Assembly: GCA_051010055.1 (NCBI GenBank)
Contig: JBPCVY010000044.1
Location: 3,634-67,633, forward strand
Length of the DNA stretch: 64,000 nt
Direction: 5' to 3'
Source of the DNA: Hyphomicrobiales bacterium
Lineage (GTDB): Bacteria > Pseudomonadota > Alphaproteobacteria > Rhizobiales > CAJQND01
The position numbers were made by a program, and so were the translations under genes. The notes below the pieces were generated by a model that saw nothing but the letters and a program-made list of their open reading frames with translations, was not told where the DNA came from and made no database searches. Positions 40,082 to 49,753 of the stretch are shown here, one piece after another. Numbering within the stretch: position 1 is the stretch's first letter; each line of letters begins with the position of its first letter.

Positions 40082-41005
40082 TCACGTTAAATTAAACACG
40101 CGGCGGGGGTGTACCATGCCTTCGCGGATTTCAGCGATCGCCACCGGCTCGCCGTGAGCTGTGACAACAACTGTACCGTGAAGAATGGGCGCATCCCGGC
40201 CCCGCGCAATAATAGCCTGACCGCTTCGCAGCCGGGCCGCCTCTTGCCCTTCAACGGCCAGCGCCGGGATGTCGTCCAGCACGGTCGCAACAGGGAATAG
40301 AAGCTCTTCAATGGCCTCTTGACCGGCGCCCTTATGGCTCATTTCTTCAAGTTTTTCCAGCGAAATCATATCGCGCTCGCCGAAAGGCCCGACACGGGCG
40401 CGCCGGAGCGTGCAAACATGGCCGAAACATCCAAGTTTCCGGCCCATATCGCGGGCAAGGGCGCGCACATAGGTGCCTTTTCCGCACTCAGCTTCAAACA
40501 CCGCATGATCATCATCGGGCGTTTCAACAAGGCGCAAATCGTCAATCTGCACAGCGCGCGGGTCAAGGCTCACCTCTTTCCCGCCCCGGGCCAAATCATA
40601 TGCTCGTTCCCCTGCCACCTTGATGGCAGAAAATGCTGGCGGAACCTGCATGATTTCCCCGGTGAAATCGCTCAAAATGGCTTCGATTTCTTCATTTGAG
40701 GGCCGATTATCGCTGGTTTGGCAGGCATCACCCTCGCCATCATCGGTTTGTGTTTCAATGCCCCAGCGTGCAGTGAACCGGTAAACCTTCTGGCCATCCA
40801 TGGCAAATGACACGGTTTTCGTAGCCTCGCCAAAAGCAATTGCAAGAAGGCCCGTTGCCAGGGGATCGAGCGTGCCCGCATGGCCAGCCTTTTGGGCATT
40901 GAACAAGCGCTTGACGATAGCAACTGCCTTGGTCGATGTCATTTCCAGGGGTTTGTCGAGTATAAGCCACCCGTGAACCGGATTGCCTTTGCGCCGCCGT
41001 GCCAT
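40082..41005 (-). CDS. truB: tRNA pseudouridine(55) synthase
   Basis: [12 protein letters not shown] catalytic Asp motif. 307 aa. Confidence 0.92.
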   Translation of the reverse strand: MARRRKGNPVHGWLILDKPLEMTSTKAVAIVKRLFNAQKAGHAGTLDPLATGLLAIAFGEATKTVSFAMDGQKVYRFTARWGIETQTDDGEGDACQTSDNRPSNEEIEAILSDFTGEIMQVPPAFSAIKVAGERAYDLARGGKEVSLDPRAVQIDDLRLVETPDDDHAVFEAECGKGTYVRALARDMGRKLGCFGHVCTLRRARVGPFGERDMISLEKLEEMSHKGAGQEAIEELLFPVATVLDDIPALAVEGQEAARLRSGQAIIARGRDAPILHGTVVVTAHGEPVAIAEIREGMVHPRRVFNLT

Positions 41006-41009
41006 AAGC

Positions 41010-41414
41010 TTATTCTTCCGCGCCGCTTTCCAAATCCTGACGGACTTTCGGGTCCTTCAGCAAGGTATCGACTTTTTGCGCATAGTCCAAAGATGTATCG
41101 AGCTCAAACTTGAGCGCGGGCATGTATTTCAACTCAAGGCGTTTTGAAAGCGCGCCGCGGATCGGTTTCACGTTGCGCCGCAGCGCTTCCATAATCGCTT
41201 CGCGGTCTTTGCCGGCAAGCGGCATAACATAGGCGCGCGCTTGGCGCAGGTCCGGGCTCATGGAAACTTCCAGAACGGTGATGGCGCCATCGAGATTCTC
41301 CGCCGGCACCTCACCGCGATTGAAAATTTCAGCCAGTGCATGGCGCACAAGCTCACCCACACGCAATTGCCGCTGGCTGGGGCCGGGAACAGCACTGCCA
41401 CTGAATTTGCTCAT
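41010..41414 (-). CDS. rbfA: Ribosome-binding factor A
   Basis: 134 aa. The RVGELVRHALAEI pattern and the position between infB and truB fit rbfA. Confidence 0.9.
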   Translation of the reverse strand: MSKFSGSAVPGPSQRQLRVGELVRHALAEIFNRGEVPAENLDGAITVLEVSMSPDLRQARAYVMPLAGKDREAIMEALRRNVKPIRGALSKRLELKYMPALKFELDTSLDYAQKVDTLLKDPKVRQDLESGAEE

Positions 41415-41422
41415 GGTTCAGG

Positions 41423-43966
41423 TTAATCGAGTGTACGCTCGATCTCCTCTACCCGGTAACATTCGATAATGTCGCCAGCCCGGATATCCTGGTAGTTTTC
41501 AAAGGCCATGCCGCATTCCTGGCCGGCACGCACTTCCTTTACCTCATCCTTAAAGCGCTTAAGCGTTGAAAGCGTTCCTTCGTGGATTACCACATTGTCG
41601 CGAATGAGGCGAACCTTGGCGCCGCGTTCCACGGAGCCTTCGGTAACCCGGCAACCGGCGACCTTGCCGGTTTTGGAAATATTGAAGACTTCCAGGATTT
41701 CCGCATTGCCCAGGAAGGTTTCGCGCTGTTCCGGCGCCAACAGGCCGGAAAGTGCGGCCTTCACGTCGTCTACCAAATCGTAAATTACATTGTAATAGCG
41801 GATTTCGATACCTGCCCGTTCCGCAGCTTCACGCGCCTGCGCATTGGCACGCACGTTGAACCCGAGCACAAGGGCGTTGGAGGCCGTTGCCAGGGTGATA
41901 TCGGATTCAGAGATACCGCCAACCGCATAGTGCACCACGCGGGCAGCAACTTCTTTGGTCGCAAGCTTATCAAGCGCGTGAACAATTGCTTCAACAGAGC
42001 CCTGCACATCGCCCTTTATCAAAATCGGCACTTCAGCCAATTCATTTTCCTTAAGCTTGCTCATCATCTGCTCAAGCGACATTGCAGAGGAAGAAGGTGC
42101 GCCCTTCAAATCACGCAGCTTGCGTTCCCGGTAGTCAGTGATTTCGCGGGCCCGCGCTTCGCTATCAACCACAACGAACTGGTCACCTGCTTCCGGCGCA
42201 GAATTGAGGCCCAACACTTCTACCGGCACTGACGGGCCGGCTTCTTCAACATTTTCACCGTGATCATCTACAAGTGCACGCACCTTGCCCCATGATGCGC
42301 CAGCAACAAAAATGTCACCAACCCGCAAGGCACCGCGTTGCACCAGAACGGTTGCGACCGGGCCACGGCCCTTGTCGAGCTTGGCTTCAACCACCGCACC
42401 ATCGGCAGAACGGTCCGGATTGGCTTTCAGTTCCAGGATTTCCGACTGCAGAAGAACAGATTCGAGCAGCTTGTCGAGATTGGTGCCTTTCAGCGCCGAG
42501 ACCTCAATTTCCTGTGTGTCCCCGCCAAGGCTCTCTACAACGATTTCATGTTGCAGCAATTCGTTGCGAACACGGGTCGCGTCAGCCTCAGGTTTGTCCA
42601 TCTTGTTGATTGCCACGATCAACGGCACTTCCGCCGCCTTGGCGTGATTGATCGCCTCAATGGTTTGCGGCATCACACCGTCATCGGCTGCCACCACCAA
42701 AATAACAATATCGGTAACCTTTGCGCCGCGTGCCCGCATTTCCGTAAATGCGGCGTGGCCCGGGGTATCGATAAACGTTACCGCGCCATCTCCAACATCA
42801 ACCTGATATGCGCCAATATGCTGGGTAATGCCGCCAGCTTCGCCAGAAACAACATTGGCTTCGCGCAAGGCGTCCAGCAATGAAGTCTTGCCGTGATCAA
42901 CATGGCCCATAACCGTCACAACGGGGGCGCGCGCGACGAGATCACCGGCTTCATCATCATGACCCATCAGGCCCATTTCCACGTCGGCTTCAGAGACCCG
43001 TTTCACGGAGTGACCGAATTCCTCGGCAATCAACTGGGCGGTATCGGCATCAATCATATCCGTAATCTTGTGCATATCGCCCTGTTTCATGAGGAACTTG
43101 ATAATATCGACGCCGCGCTCAGCCATGCGGTTGGCAAGTTCCTGAATTGTGATGGCCTCAGGTACGGTTACCTCACGGGCAATCTTTTCACGCGGCTCTC
43201 CTGAACCAGCCAGCGTTTTCTGCTTCTGGCGCTCCTGGCGCCTGCGCATGGCCGCAAGGGAGCGTTGACGTACATTGTCATCAAGCGCGTTTGAAATTGT
43301 CAGTTTGCCGCGGCGGCGCTCCAGCTGGCCTTTGCGGGCCGGGGTGTGGGCCGGCTTGTTCTCACGTTTCTCGCGTTCTTTGCGAGGTTCAGGCGCGGTG
43401 CGGGCAGTCGCCTCAGCTTTCTTTTCTTCCGGTTTTGCAGCTGCAACTTCCGCTGCAACAGTTGCTTCAGCAGCAGCGCGCTCTTCTTCAACTTTGCGTT
43501 CTTCTTCTTCTTCAACCTCACGCTTTGCCGCGTCTTCGGCTTCAAGCTTTTTCTGTTCTTCTTCATCAGCGCGGCGTTTGGCTTCGCGCTGTTCTGCCTC
43601 TACCCGTTCCTTTTCGCGAACACGCGCATCGGCTAGCGCCTTGGCGCGGGCATCTTTTTCATCTGCGGAAAGTGTGCGCAAAACCACGCCTTCACGGGAA
43701 GCTTCCGGCTTTTCTTCCTCGACCGGGGCTTCTTGCTTGGGTGCAGCATCTATCGGCTTTGGCGGCGCCGTTTGCGGGCGGGCAGGCGCTTCGGCTTCCG
43801 GCTTGCCACCGGGCGTCAGAATGCGCTTGCGCTTGGTCTCAACAACAACCGTTTTTGAGCGGCCATGGCTGAAACTCTGCTTAACGCTGCCTTGCCCTAC
43901 TTTGCGGCGCAGACTGAGTGTCTTTCCGCCAGCGTTGGGACTTTCCGTATCGTTGGTCTCGCTCAT
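41423..43966 (-). CDS. infB: Translation initiation factor IF-2
   Basis: G-domain [17 protein letters not shown] and NKMD motifs, and a low-complexity E/K/A/R-rich N-terminal region. The ATG at 43966 is preferred over the TTG at 43993. Confidence 0.95.
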   Translation of the reverse strand: MSETNDTESPNAGGKTLSLRRKVGQGSVKQSFSHGRSKTVVVETKRKRILTPGGKPEAEAPARPQTAPPKPIDAAPKQEAPVEEEKPEASREGVVLRTLSADEKDARAKALADARVREKERVEAEQREAKRRADEEEQKKLEAEDAAKREVEEEEERKVEEERAAAEATVAAEVAAAKPEEKKAEATARTAPEPRKEREKRENKPAHTPARKGQLERRRGKLTISNALDDNVRQRSLAAMRRRQERQKQKTLAGSGEPREKIAREVTVPEAITIQELANRMAERGVDIIKFLMKQGDMHKITDMIDADTAQLIAEEFGHSVKRVSEADVEMGLMGHDDEAGDLVARAPVVTVMGHVDHGKTSLLDALREANVVSGEAGGITQHIGAYQVDVGDGAVTFIDTPGHAAFTEMRARGAKVTDIVILVVAADDGVMPQTIEAINHAKAAEVPLIVAINKMDKPEADATRVRNELLQHEIVVESLGGDTQEIEVSALKGTNLDKLLESVLLQSEILELKANPDRSADGAVVEAKLDKGRGPVATVLVQRGALRVGDIFVAGASWGKVRALVDDHGENVEEAGPSVPVEVLGLNSAPEAGDQFVVVDSEARAREITDYRERKLRDLKGAPSSSAMSLEQMMSKLKENELAEVPILIKGDVQGSVEAIVHALDKLATKEVAARVVHYAVGGISESDITLATASNALVLGFNVRANAQAREAAERAGIEIRYYNVIYDLVDDVKAALSGLLAPEQRETFLGNAEILEVFNISKTGKVAGCRVTEGSVERGAKVRLIRDNVVIHEGTLSTLKRFKDEVKEVRAGQECGMAFENYQDIRAGDIIECYRVEEIERTLD

Positions 43967-44002
43967 ACTTTTCCAGTTTTCTGCGGCACTCAACTTAGCC
44001 GC

Positions 44003-44596
44003 TCACCCACCATTAGAACCCAAATATTCCGTCAACTTATGCACTGTGCCGGTAAAGCGGTCGGTCAACCCTCCCGGCGCCAGAGCAGCATGTACCACAT
44101 TTGACCGCCCAATTGCCAAACTGATTTCGCCAGAAGTGAAGCTTTCTATCACAACCGGCCTGCAGTCTGCATTTTTCGCGCGGGCGGCTATCTTGCTGCG
44201 GCCATCCGCGCTGGCATCGTTTGCGGCCAATATAGCCGTCACCTTATTCTTCGCAAGCTGTGCTGAAACCTTCTCAAACCCCGTGGTTACCAGCCCGGCC
44301 CGGTTTGCCAAACCCAACAGAGAAAGCGCATCCTTGCGCAGCAATCTTGCAATCAGCTCCACCAGCCCTTCGTCAGCATTTGCCTTTGCGCCAAATGCCT
44401 TGGCAAAAGCGCCGCGATCGGTTGCCTGCTGCACCAGACCCTTTGACGTACCGACCCAAACACCACGGCCCGGCAACTTGGCCTTGAGGTCCGGTACTAC
44501 ATCGCCATCAGGCGATAGAACGAACCTTATCAGCTTTTCAACCGGCTGCACATTACGGCCAACAATGCACATACGCTGGCGCTCTGTTGCGTGCAT
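44003..44596 (-). CDS. YlxR-like (DUF448) RNA-binding protein with L7Ae-like C-terminal domain
   Basis: RMCIVGR...GRGVWV motif, located between nusA and infB. The ATG at 44596 avoids overlapping the nusA 3-prime end. Confidence 0.75.
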   Translation of the reverse strand: MHATERQRMCIVGRNVQPVEKLIRFVLSPDGDVVPDLKAKLPGRGVWVGTSKGLVQQATDRGAFAKAFGAKANADEGLVELIARLLRKDALSLLGLANRAGLVTTGFEKVSAQLAKNKVTAILAANDASADGRSKIAARAKNADCRPVVIESFTSGEISLAIGRSNVVHAALAPGGLTDRFTGTVHKLTEYLGSNGG

Positions 44597-44630
44597 ACCG
44601 GTTTTTCGCTCCGCACCGGCATTAAGCGCT

Positions 44631-46292
44631 TTACTCTTCTTCCCCTGCATTCTCGCTTGCTTGTGTCTCTTCACCTTCTGCTGCTTCGCCTTCTGCTGTT
44701 TCGGCATCTTCTTCAGCTTCCGTCGGTGGATTGAGGTCTTCTTCAGAGATAATGCCAGCGGCAACACGGGCACGCATGATCATCGCTTCGGCTTCATCAG
44801 CGCTGATATCCATACCCTGCAAAATGCCTTCATAGCGAACAGATTCACCGCCTTTACGCTCTGTCCAGCCGGTAAGATCGTCGGTTGCGCAGTAAGCCAG
44901 GTCTTCAACGGTTTTGATGTCATTTTCACCGAAACGCACCATCAATGCGCTGGTGACGCCTTCAATACCGGCAACTGCATCTTCAACGCCAAGCTCTTTG
45001 CGTTTGTCGTCGAGCTCGCGTGCGCGCCGTTCAAGAAATTCCTGTGCCCGGGTCTGCAGCTCAACAGCGGTTTCATCATCAAAGCCTTCAATTTCGGCAA
45101 TTTCTGAAACCGGCACATAGGCAACCTCTTCAAGGGAGGTAAATCCCTCCGAAGCAAGCAGCTGGGCAATCAGCTCATCAACATCCAGCGCTTCCATGAA
45201 TTTTTCAGAGCGCTCCAGGAATTCCTTCTGGCGGCGCTCAGATTCTTCTTGCTCGGTGAGAATATCAATGTCCCAGCCGGTCAGAAGCGAGGCGAGACGC
45301 ACATTCTGGCCACGCCGCCCGATAGCCAGTGATAGCTGTTCATCGGGCACCACAACTTCGATACGCTGGGATTCTTCATCCAGAACAACCTTGGCAACCT
45401 CTGCAGGTGCAAGGGCGTTAACAATAAAAGTTGCCGCATCAGGAGACCATTGGATGATATCGATTTTTTCACCCTGAAGCTCATTGACCACGGCTTGGAC
45501 GCGCGAACCACGCATACCAACACAGGCGCCGACAGGGTCTACTGAAGATTCTTTCGACAAAACAGCGATTTTTGCCCGCGATCCCGGATCACGCGCCACA
45601 GAGACGATTTCCACGATACCGTCGTAGATTTCCGGCACTTCCTGGCCAAACAACTTGGCCATGAATTCCGGCCTCGTGCGCGAGAGGAAAATCTGCGGAC
45701 CACGCTGTTCGCGGCGCACATCAAAAATATAGGCGCGGATGCGGTCACCAGCACGGAAGTTCTCGCGCGGCAGGCTTTCATCGCGTCGCACCACGGCTTC
45801 AGCGCGGCCAAGGTCGACAACCACGTTGCCATATTCAACCCGTTTAACCAGGCCATGAACCACATCGCCGGTACGGTCTTTAAACTCTTCAAACTGGCGC
45901 TCACGTTCTGCATCGCGCACCTTTTGCACGATCACCTGCTTGGCGTTTTGTGCAGCAATGCGGCCAAAATCCACCGGCGGCAAATCTTCAGCAAGAAAAT
46001 CCCCTGGCTGGGCTGCCGGATTACGGTTCTTTGCTTCTTCCAGAGCAACCTCGGTGGCGTCGTTTTCAACTCTTTCAACGACCTGCAGAAGGCGCTGCAG
46101 TTTGATTTGGCCGGTATTGGGATCAATTTCGGCGCGAATGTCGTTTTCCTGGCCATAGCGCGAACGGGCTGCACGCTGGATTGCGTCTTCCATCGCCGCA
46201 ATGACCACCGCCTTTTCGATGGATTTTTCGCGCGCTACTGCGTCTGCAATCTGCAGAAGTTCCAGCCGGTTTGCGCTTATCGCTTCAACCAT
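44631..46292 (-). CDS. nusA: Transcription termination/antitermination factor NusA
   Basis: N-terminal [17 protein letters not shown]1 and KH domains, and an acidic C-terminal tail. The ATG at 46292 has a GGAG RBS (the track start at 46310 is also possible). Confidence 0.95.
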   Translation of the reverse strand: MVEAISANRLELLQIADAVAREKSIEKAVVIAAMEDAIQRAARSRYGQENDIRAEIDPNTGQIKLQRLLQVVERVENDATEVALEEAKNRNPAAQPGDFLAEDLPPVDFGRIAAQNAKQVIVQKVRDAERERQFEEFKDRTGDVVHGLVKRVEYGNVVVDLGRAEAVVRRDESLPRENFRAGDRIRAYIFDVRREQRGPQIFLSRTRPEFMAKLFGQEVPEIYDGIVEIVSVARDPGSRAKIAVLSKESSVDPVGACVGMRGSRVQAVVNELQGEKIDIIQWSPDAATFIVNALAPAEVAKVVLDEESQRIEVVVPDEQLSLAIGRRGQNVRLASLLTGWDIDILTEQEESERRQKEFLERSEKFMEALDVDELIAQLLASEGFTSLEEVAYVPVSEIAEIEGFDDETAVELQTRAQEFLERRARELDDKRKELGVEDAVAGIEGVTSALMVRFGENDIKTVEDLAYCATDDLTGWTERKGGESVRYEGILQGMDISADEAEAMIMRARVAAGIISEEDLNPPTEAEEDAETAEGEAAEGEETQASENAGEEE

Positions 46293-46336
46293 GGTTTTTG
46301 CTCCAGTCATGGGCCAGCATCGCGCCGGCTGCTTTC

Positions 46337-46876
46337 CTATTTCTCTTGCTTTTCAGCTGCACCGGCAGCTTTCAGCAATTCATCGTTCATAACGAGTTTG
46401 GCTTCAGCCAAACCGTCAAATGGCAATCCGATTACAACCGGTTCTGCACCTTCACCCTCGCTGAACCACAATCGTACCTCGCCATCTTCAAAACCTTCCA
46501 GCTTGCCGCGAAATCTTTTACGCCCGGCAATCATCGCTGCCATTTCCAATTTCACCTCAAACCCGGACCAGGCCTCAAAGTCAGACGGCCTTACCAGCGG
46601 CCGGTCTATACCCGGTGATGAGATTTCAAGCTGATACTTGCCCGAAATCGGGTCCTCAACATCAAGCAACGGTGAGATTGCACGGCTGATTTCCTCACAC
46701 CCGGCAATATCCATGGAGCCATCAGGGCGCTCAGCCATAATTTGAAGGGTTTGGCCATTTTGCCCGGTGATCCTTATCTTGACCACCCGATAGCCCAAAC
46801 CTTCGATTGCAGGCTCAACAATGTCGGCCACCCTGCGGGCAACCCCTTGTTCTGAACGCAACCGTATTTCTGACAC
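46337..46876 (-). CDS. rimP: Ribosome maturation factor RimP
   Basis: A GTG at 46876 preceded by GAGGAGG at 6-nt spacing gives 180 aa. The gene sits upstream of nusA. Confidence 0.85.
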   Translation of the reverse strand: MSEIRLRSEQGVARRVADIVEPAIEGLGYRVVKIRITGQNGQTLQIMAERPDGSMDIAGCEEISRAISPLLDVEDPISGKYQLEISSPGIDRPLVRPSDFEAWSGFEVKLEMAAMIAGRKRFRGKLEGFEDGEVRLWFSEGEGAEPVVIGLPFDGLAEAKLVMNDELLKAAGAAEKQEK

Positions 46877-46913
46877 CTGGACCTCCTCACCACATTCCCT
46901 TAGCGCCCGGTTT

Positions 46914-46946
46914 GGCAAAAGAAAAAGCGGGTTCCGCCGGGAACCC
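46914..46946 (-). terminator. Intrinsic terminator / possible attenuator in rimP-nusA-infB leader
   Basis: On the minus strand, the GGGTTCC-cggc-GGAACCC hairpin (46929-46946) is followed by GCTTTTTCTTTTG (46914-46928). It ends 38 nt upstream of the rimP GTG. Confidence 0.65.
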
Positions 46947-47017
46947 ACTCTCCAACTTGGCCCGTTCATTTATCAAAACGTTCAGGCTATATGAGAATGA
47001 CCTGTAAAGGTGGCCAC

Positions 47018-47046
47018 TATATATAACGGCAAGGCGACCGCTTCAA
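47018..47046 (-). promoter_or_regulatory. Candidate sigma70-type promoter (TTGAAG-N17-TATATA) upstream of rimP leader
   Basis: Read on the minus strand: TTGAAG at 47046-47041, a 17-nt spacer, and TATATA at 47023-47018. This is a motif match only. Confidence 0.3.
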
Positions 47047-47056
47047 CCCCGCATTT

Positions 47057-47755
47057 TCATTTGCGCCGAAATTCCAGATATGCAGGTGTGCGCCCTTCGC
47101 GAACCGCTTTTTGCTCGTAGCGAGTGCCCTGCCAGCCTTCAGGTGGGTTACGCCAATCCACTGCAGATTGCGCGGTCCATTCAAAACCACCATGTGAAAG
47201 CATTTCACGCAGTGTCCATCGCACATAGTCCTGGATGTCGCTTGCAAACATGAAAATGCCTCCCGGTTTCAGAACCCGGTGCAGGCGGTCAAGGTTATCC
47301 CGCGCGACAAAGCGACGTTTATGGTGGCGTTTCTTTGGCCACGGATCAGGGTAGAGCAGAAAAACCTCAGAAACGGATGCATCGCCAAGCCAATCAAGCA
47401 ACTCTCTGGCATCGCCGGCGTGGACACGTACATTTTTCAAATCCTGCTCATCCACCGCTGAAAGCAGTTTCGCAACACCATTGACGAAGGGTTCTGCTCC
47501 AATAAATCCCACATTCATGTGGGCATCGGCTTCAGCGGCCAAGTGCTCACCGCCGCCAAACCCGATTTCAATCCGTACATCATCAATGTCCGGACCAAAT
47601 AGTTTGGCAGGTGTTTCTCCGTCCCTGCTTCGAAGATCAATAGCCAGCCCAGGCAGCAAGCTTTGCATCAGCTCAGCTTGCCTGCCCTTCAGCTTGTGCC
47701 CTTGGCGGCGCCCATAAAGAAGGCGCCTTTCCTGGTCGTTGAATTCGTCAGCCAT
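47057..47755 (-). CDS. trmB: tRNA (guanine46-N7)-methyltransferase
   Basis: 232 aa from the ATG at 47755. It has an IEIGFGGGEHL SAM-binding motif and the DPWPKKRHHKRR motif. Confidence 0.88.
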   Translation of the reverse strand: MADEFNDQERRLLYGRRQGHKLKGRQAELMQSLLPGLAIDLRSRDGETPAKLFGPDIDDVRIEIGFGGGEHLAAEADAHMNVGFIGAEPFVNGVAKLLSAVDEQDLKNVRVHAGDARELLDWLGDASVSEVFLLYPDPWPKKRHHKRRFVARDNLDRLHRVLKPGGIFMFASDIQDYVRWTLREMLSHGGFEWTAQSAVDWRNPPEGWQGTRYEQKAVREGRTPAYLEFRRK

Positions 47756-47774
47756 GTCCACGGGGCTGATCTTA

Positions 47775-48944
47775 TCATGAAAGGGCAGACTTGATGTCTT
47801 CAACCAAGTCGGTTTTTTCCCATGAGAACCCGCCATCTTGCTCCGGCTCGCGGCCAAAGTGGCCATAAGCAGCGGTGCGCTCATAAATCGGACGGGACAG
47901 GCCAAGGTGCTCGCGAATACCCCGCGGGCTGAGATCCATAACTTCGCTCAGCGCTTGCTCGATCTTGTCTTCGCCCACAGAAGCGGTTCCTGCACAGTCC
48001 ACATAAAGGGATAGCGGCTTGGAAACCCCAATCGCATAGGAAAGCTGGATTGTGCATTTTTCAGCAAGACCGGTTGCAACTACATTCTTGGCGAGATAGC
48101 GCGATGCATAAGCTGCCGAACGGTCAACCTTCGTTGGGTCCTTGCCGGAGAAAGCGCCGCCTCCATGAGGAGCAGCCCCACCATATGTATCAACGATAAT
48201 TTTCCGGCCAGTCAGTCCGGCATCACCATCAGGCCCGCCGATAACAAACTTGCCCGTCGGGTTCACATAGAATTCTTCTTCCGGGCACATCCACCCGTTT
48301 GGCAGCACACCTTCCACAAACGGGCGCACCATTTCGCGGACTTCTTCCTGGCTCAAGCCTTCGTCATGCTGGGTTGAAACAACCACAGACGTGGCCCGGA
48401 CAGGCTTGCCATTTACATATTCGAGACTCACCTGGCTCTTTGAATCCGGCCCGAAACCCTTAACGCTGCCAGAATGGCGAGCTTCAGCCATATCACGCAA
48501 AATACTATGTGAAAAATAAATCGGCGCCGGCATGAGCAATTTCGTTTCACTGCAAGCATAGCCAAACATGATGCCCTGATCGCCTGCGCCTTCATCCTTG
48601 TTACCGGACGCGTCTACCCCTTGGGCGATATCGGCAGACTGTTGATGCAGGTACACCGAAACTTCAGCGTTTTTCCAGTGGAAACCATCTTGCTCATAGC
48701 CGATATCGCGCACGGCGCGGCGGGCAATATCTTCGATTTTTTTATGGGTAATCGATTCCGGGCCGCGAACCTCACCTGCCAGCACAATCCGGTTGGTTGT
48801 GGTCAAGGTTTCACATGCAACGCGCGACAATGGGTCTGCGGCAAGAAAAGCATCTACGATGGCATCGGAAATGCGGTCGCAAACCTTGTCAGGATGGCCC
48901 TCTGAAACAGATTCACTGGTGAAAAGATAACTCTCTCTCGGCAC
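47775..48944 (-). CDS. metK: S-adenosylmethionine synthetase
   Basis: [19 protein letters not shown] and GGGAFSGKD motifs. The GTG at 48944 with an AAGGGGA RBS gives 389 aa. The track start at ATG 49055 has no RBS and adds 37 atypical residues. Confidence 0.93.
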   Translation of the reverse strand: MPRESYLFTSESVSEGHPDKVCDRISDAIVDAFLAADPLSRVACETLTTTNRIVLAGEVRGPESITHKKIEDIARRAVRDIGYEQDGFHWKNAEVSVYLHQQSADIAQGVDASGNKDEGAGDQGIMFGYACSETKLLMPAPIYFSHSILRDMAEARHSGSVKGFGPDSKSQVSLEYVNGKPVRATSVVVSTQHDEGLSQEEVREMVRPFVEGVLPNGWMCPEEEFYVNPTGKFVIGGPDGDAGLTGRKIIVDTYGGAAPHGGGAFSGKDPTKVDRSAAYASRYLAKNVVATGLAEKCTIQLSYAIGVSKPLSLYVDCAGTASVGEDKIEQALSEVMDLSPRGIREHLGLSRPIYERTAAYGHFGREPEQDGGFSWEKTDLVEDIKSALS

Positions 48945-49147
48945 GGATATCCCCTTTTCGCTCAAGACTTCGGTGACCCGGCCAGCCCCCGGATTGTTCA
49001 GGATTTTGCCCCGCTCCACGAAACCAACGCGCGCAAAGCGGCACGTTAATGGCATTCTAAATGGATATGGTCAAGAAGTTAGCAATGCAGGACTTAACCT
49101 GTCGCAATTTCCGCTGCGGCAACGGAAACGTATATTGCGAAAAACGA

Positions 49148-49552
49148 TTACTCTTTTTGCGCTCCCGCCAGTACTTTTACCAGCTCAATGAATTTCCGCC
49201 GTACAGCAGGGTCTTTGATCTCCGAAAAAGCCTTGTTTAGCTGCAAACCTTCAGTAGTATTCAAAAACTCTAAAATCATGGTTTCCGAGCCACCTTCTGC
49301 AAATCCGTTTTCATTCACCACGCTCGGCAAATCGTCGAAGAAAAACGAAACCGGGACGCCCAAAATCTGGGCAATCTGATGGAGCCTGCTCGCGCTGACG
49401 CGGTTGGATCCTTTTTCGTACTTTTGCACTTGCTGAAATGTGAGCCCCAATTGCTCACCAAGTTTTTCCTGACTCATGCCCTTCAACACGCGGCGCATGC
49501 GGACACGGTGGCCGACATGGACGTCGACAGGGTTGGGGTTCTTTTTAACCAT
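49148..49552 (-). CDS. XRE-family helix-turn-helix transcriptional regulator
   Basis: HTH_3 motif MSQEKLGEQLGLTFQQVQKYEKGSNRVS, followed by a C-terminal domain of about 60 aa. Confidence 0.75.
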   Translation of the reverse strand: MVKKNPNPVDVHVGHRVRMRRVLKGMSQEKLGEQLGLTFQQVQKYEKGSNRVSASRLHQIAQILGVPVSFFFDDLPSVVNENGFAEGGSETMILEFLNTTEGLQLNKAFSEIKDPAVRRKFIELVKVLAGAQKE

Positions 49553-49753
49553 TATATTGCCTCAGACCGATATTACCGCCCCCGGTCCGACTATTCTCAT
49601 TTGTGCCGAAGAGGCTGCGGACCTCTTCCGGTACAGTTTCGTACCGTCACCCAATAACCAGCACAGACAAGCAATAGTACACCGTCCGCGAGCATGCAAT
49701 CCAATTTCTCATGTGACTTGTGAACTAAAAACAGAAAAAACATTTCAAATGAC

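Noticed and set aside
43300-43760. Repetitive GAA/GCN/AAG-rich DNA that looks like a tandem-repeat array.
   Set aside because: It is in frame within infB and encodes the E/K/A/R-rich low-complexity N-terminal region common to IF-2. It shows no spacer-repeat periodicity, so it is not a CRISPR or a non-coding repeat.
43275-45107. A 610-aa plus-strand ORF, the longest unexplained ORF in the track, spanning infB, ylxR and nusA antisense.
   Set aside because: It lies entirely antisense to three well-supported genes. Its translation is S/A/R/F-rich low complexity with no motif. This is typical of stop-free antisense frames opposite GAA/GCN-rich coding sequence.
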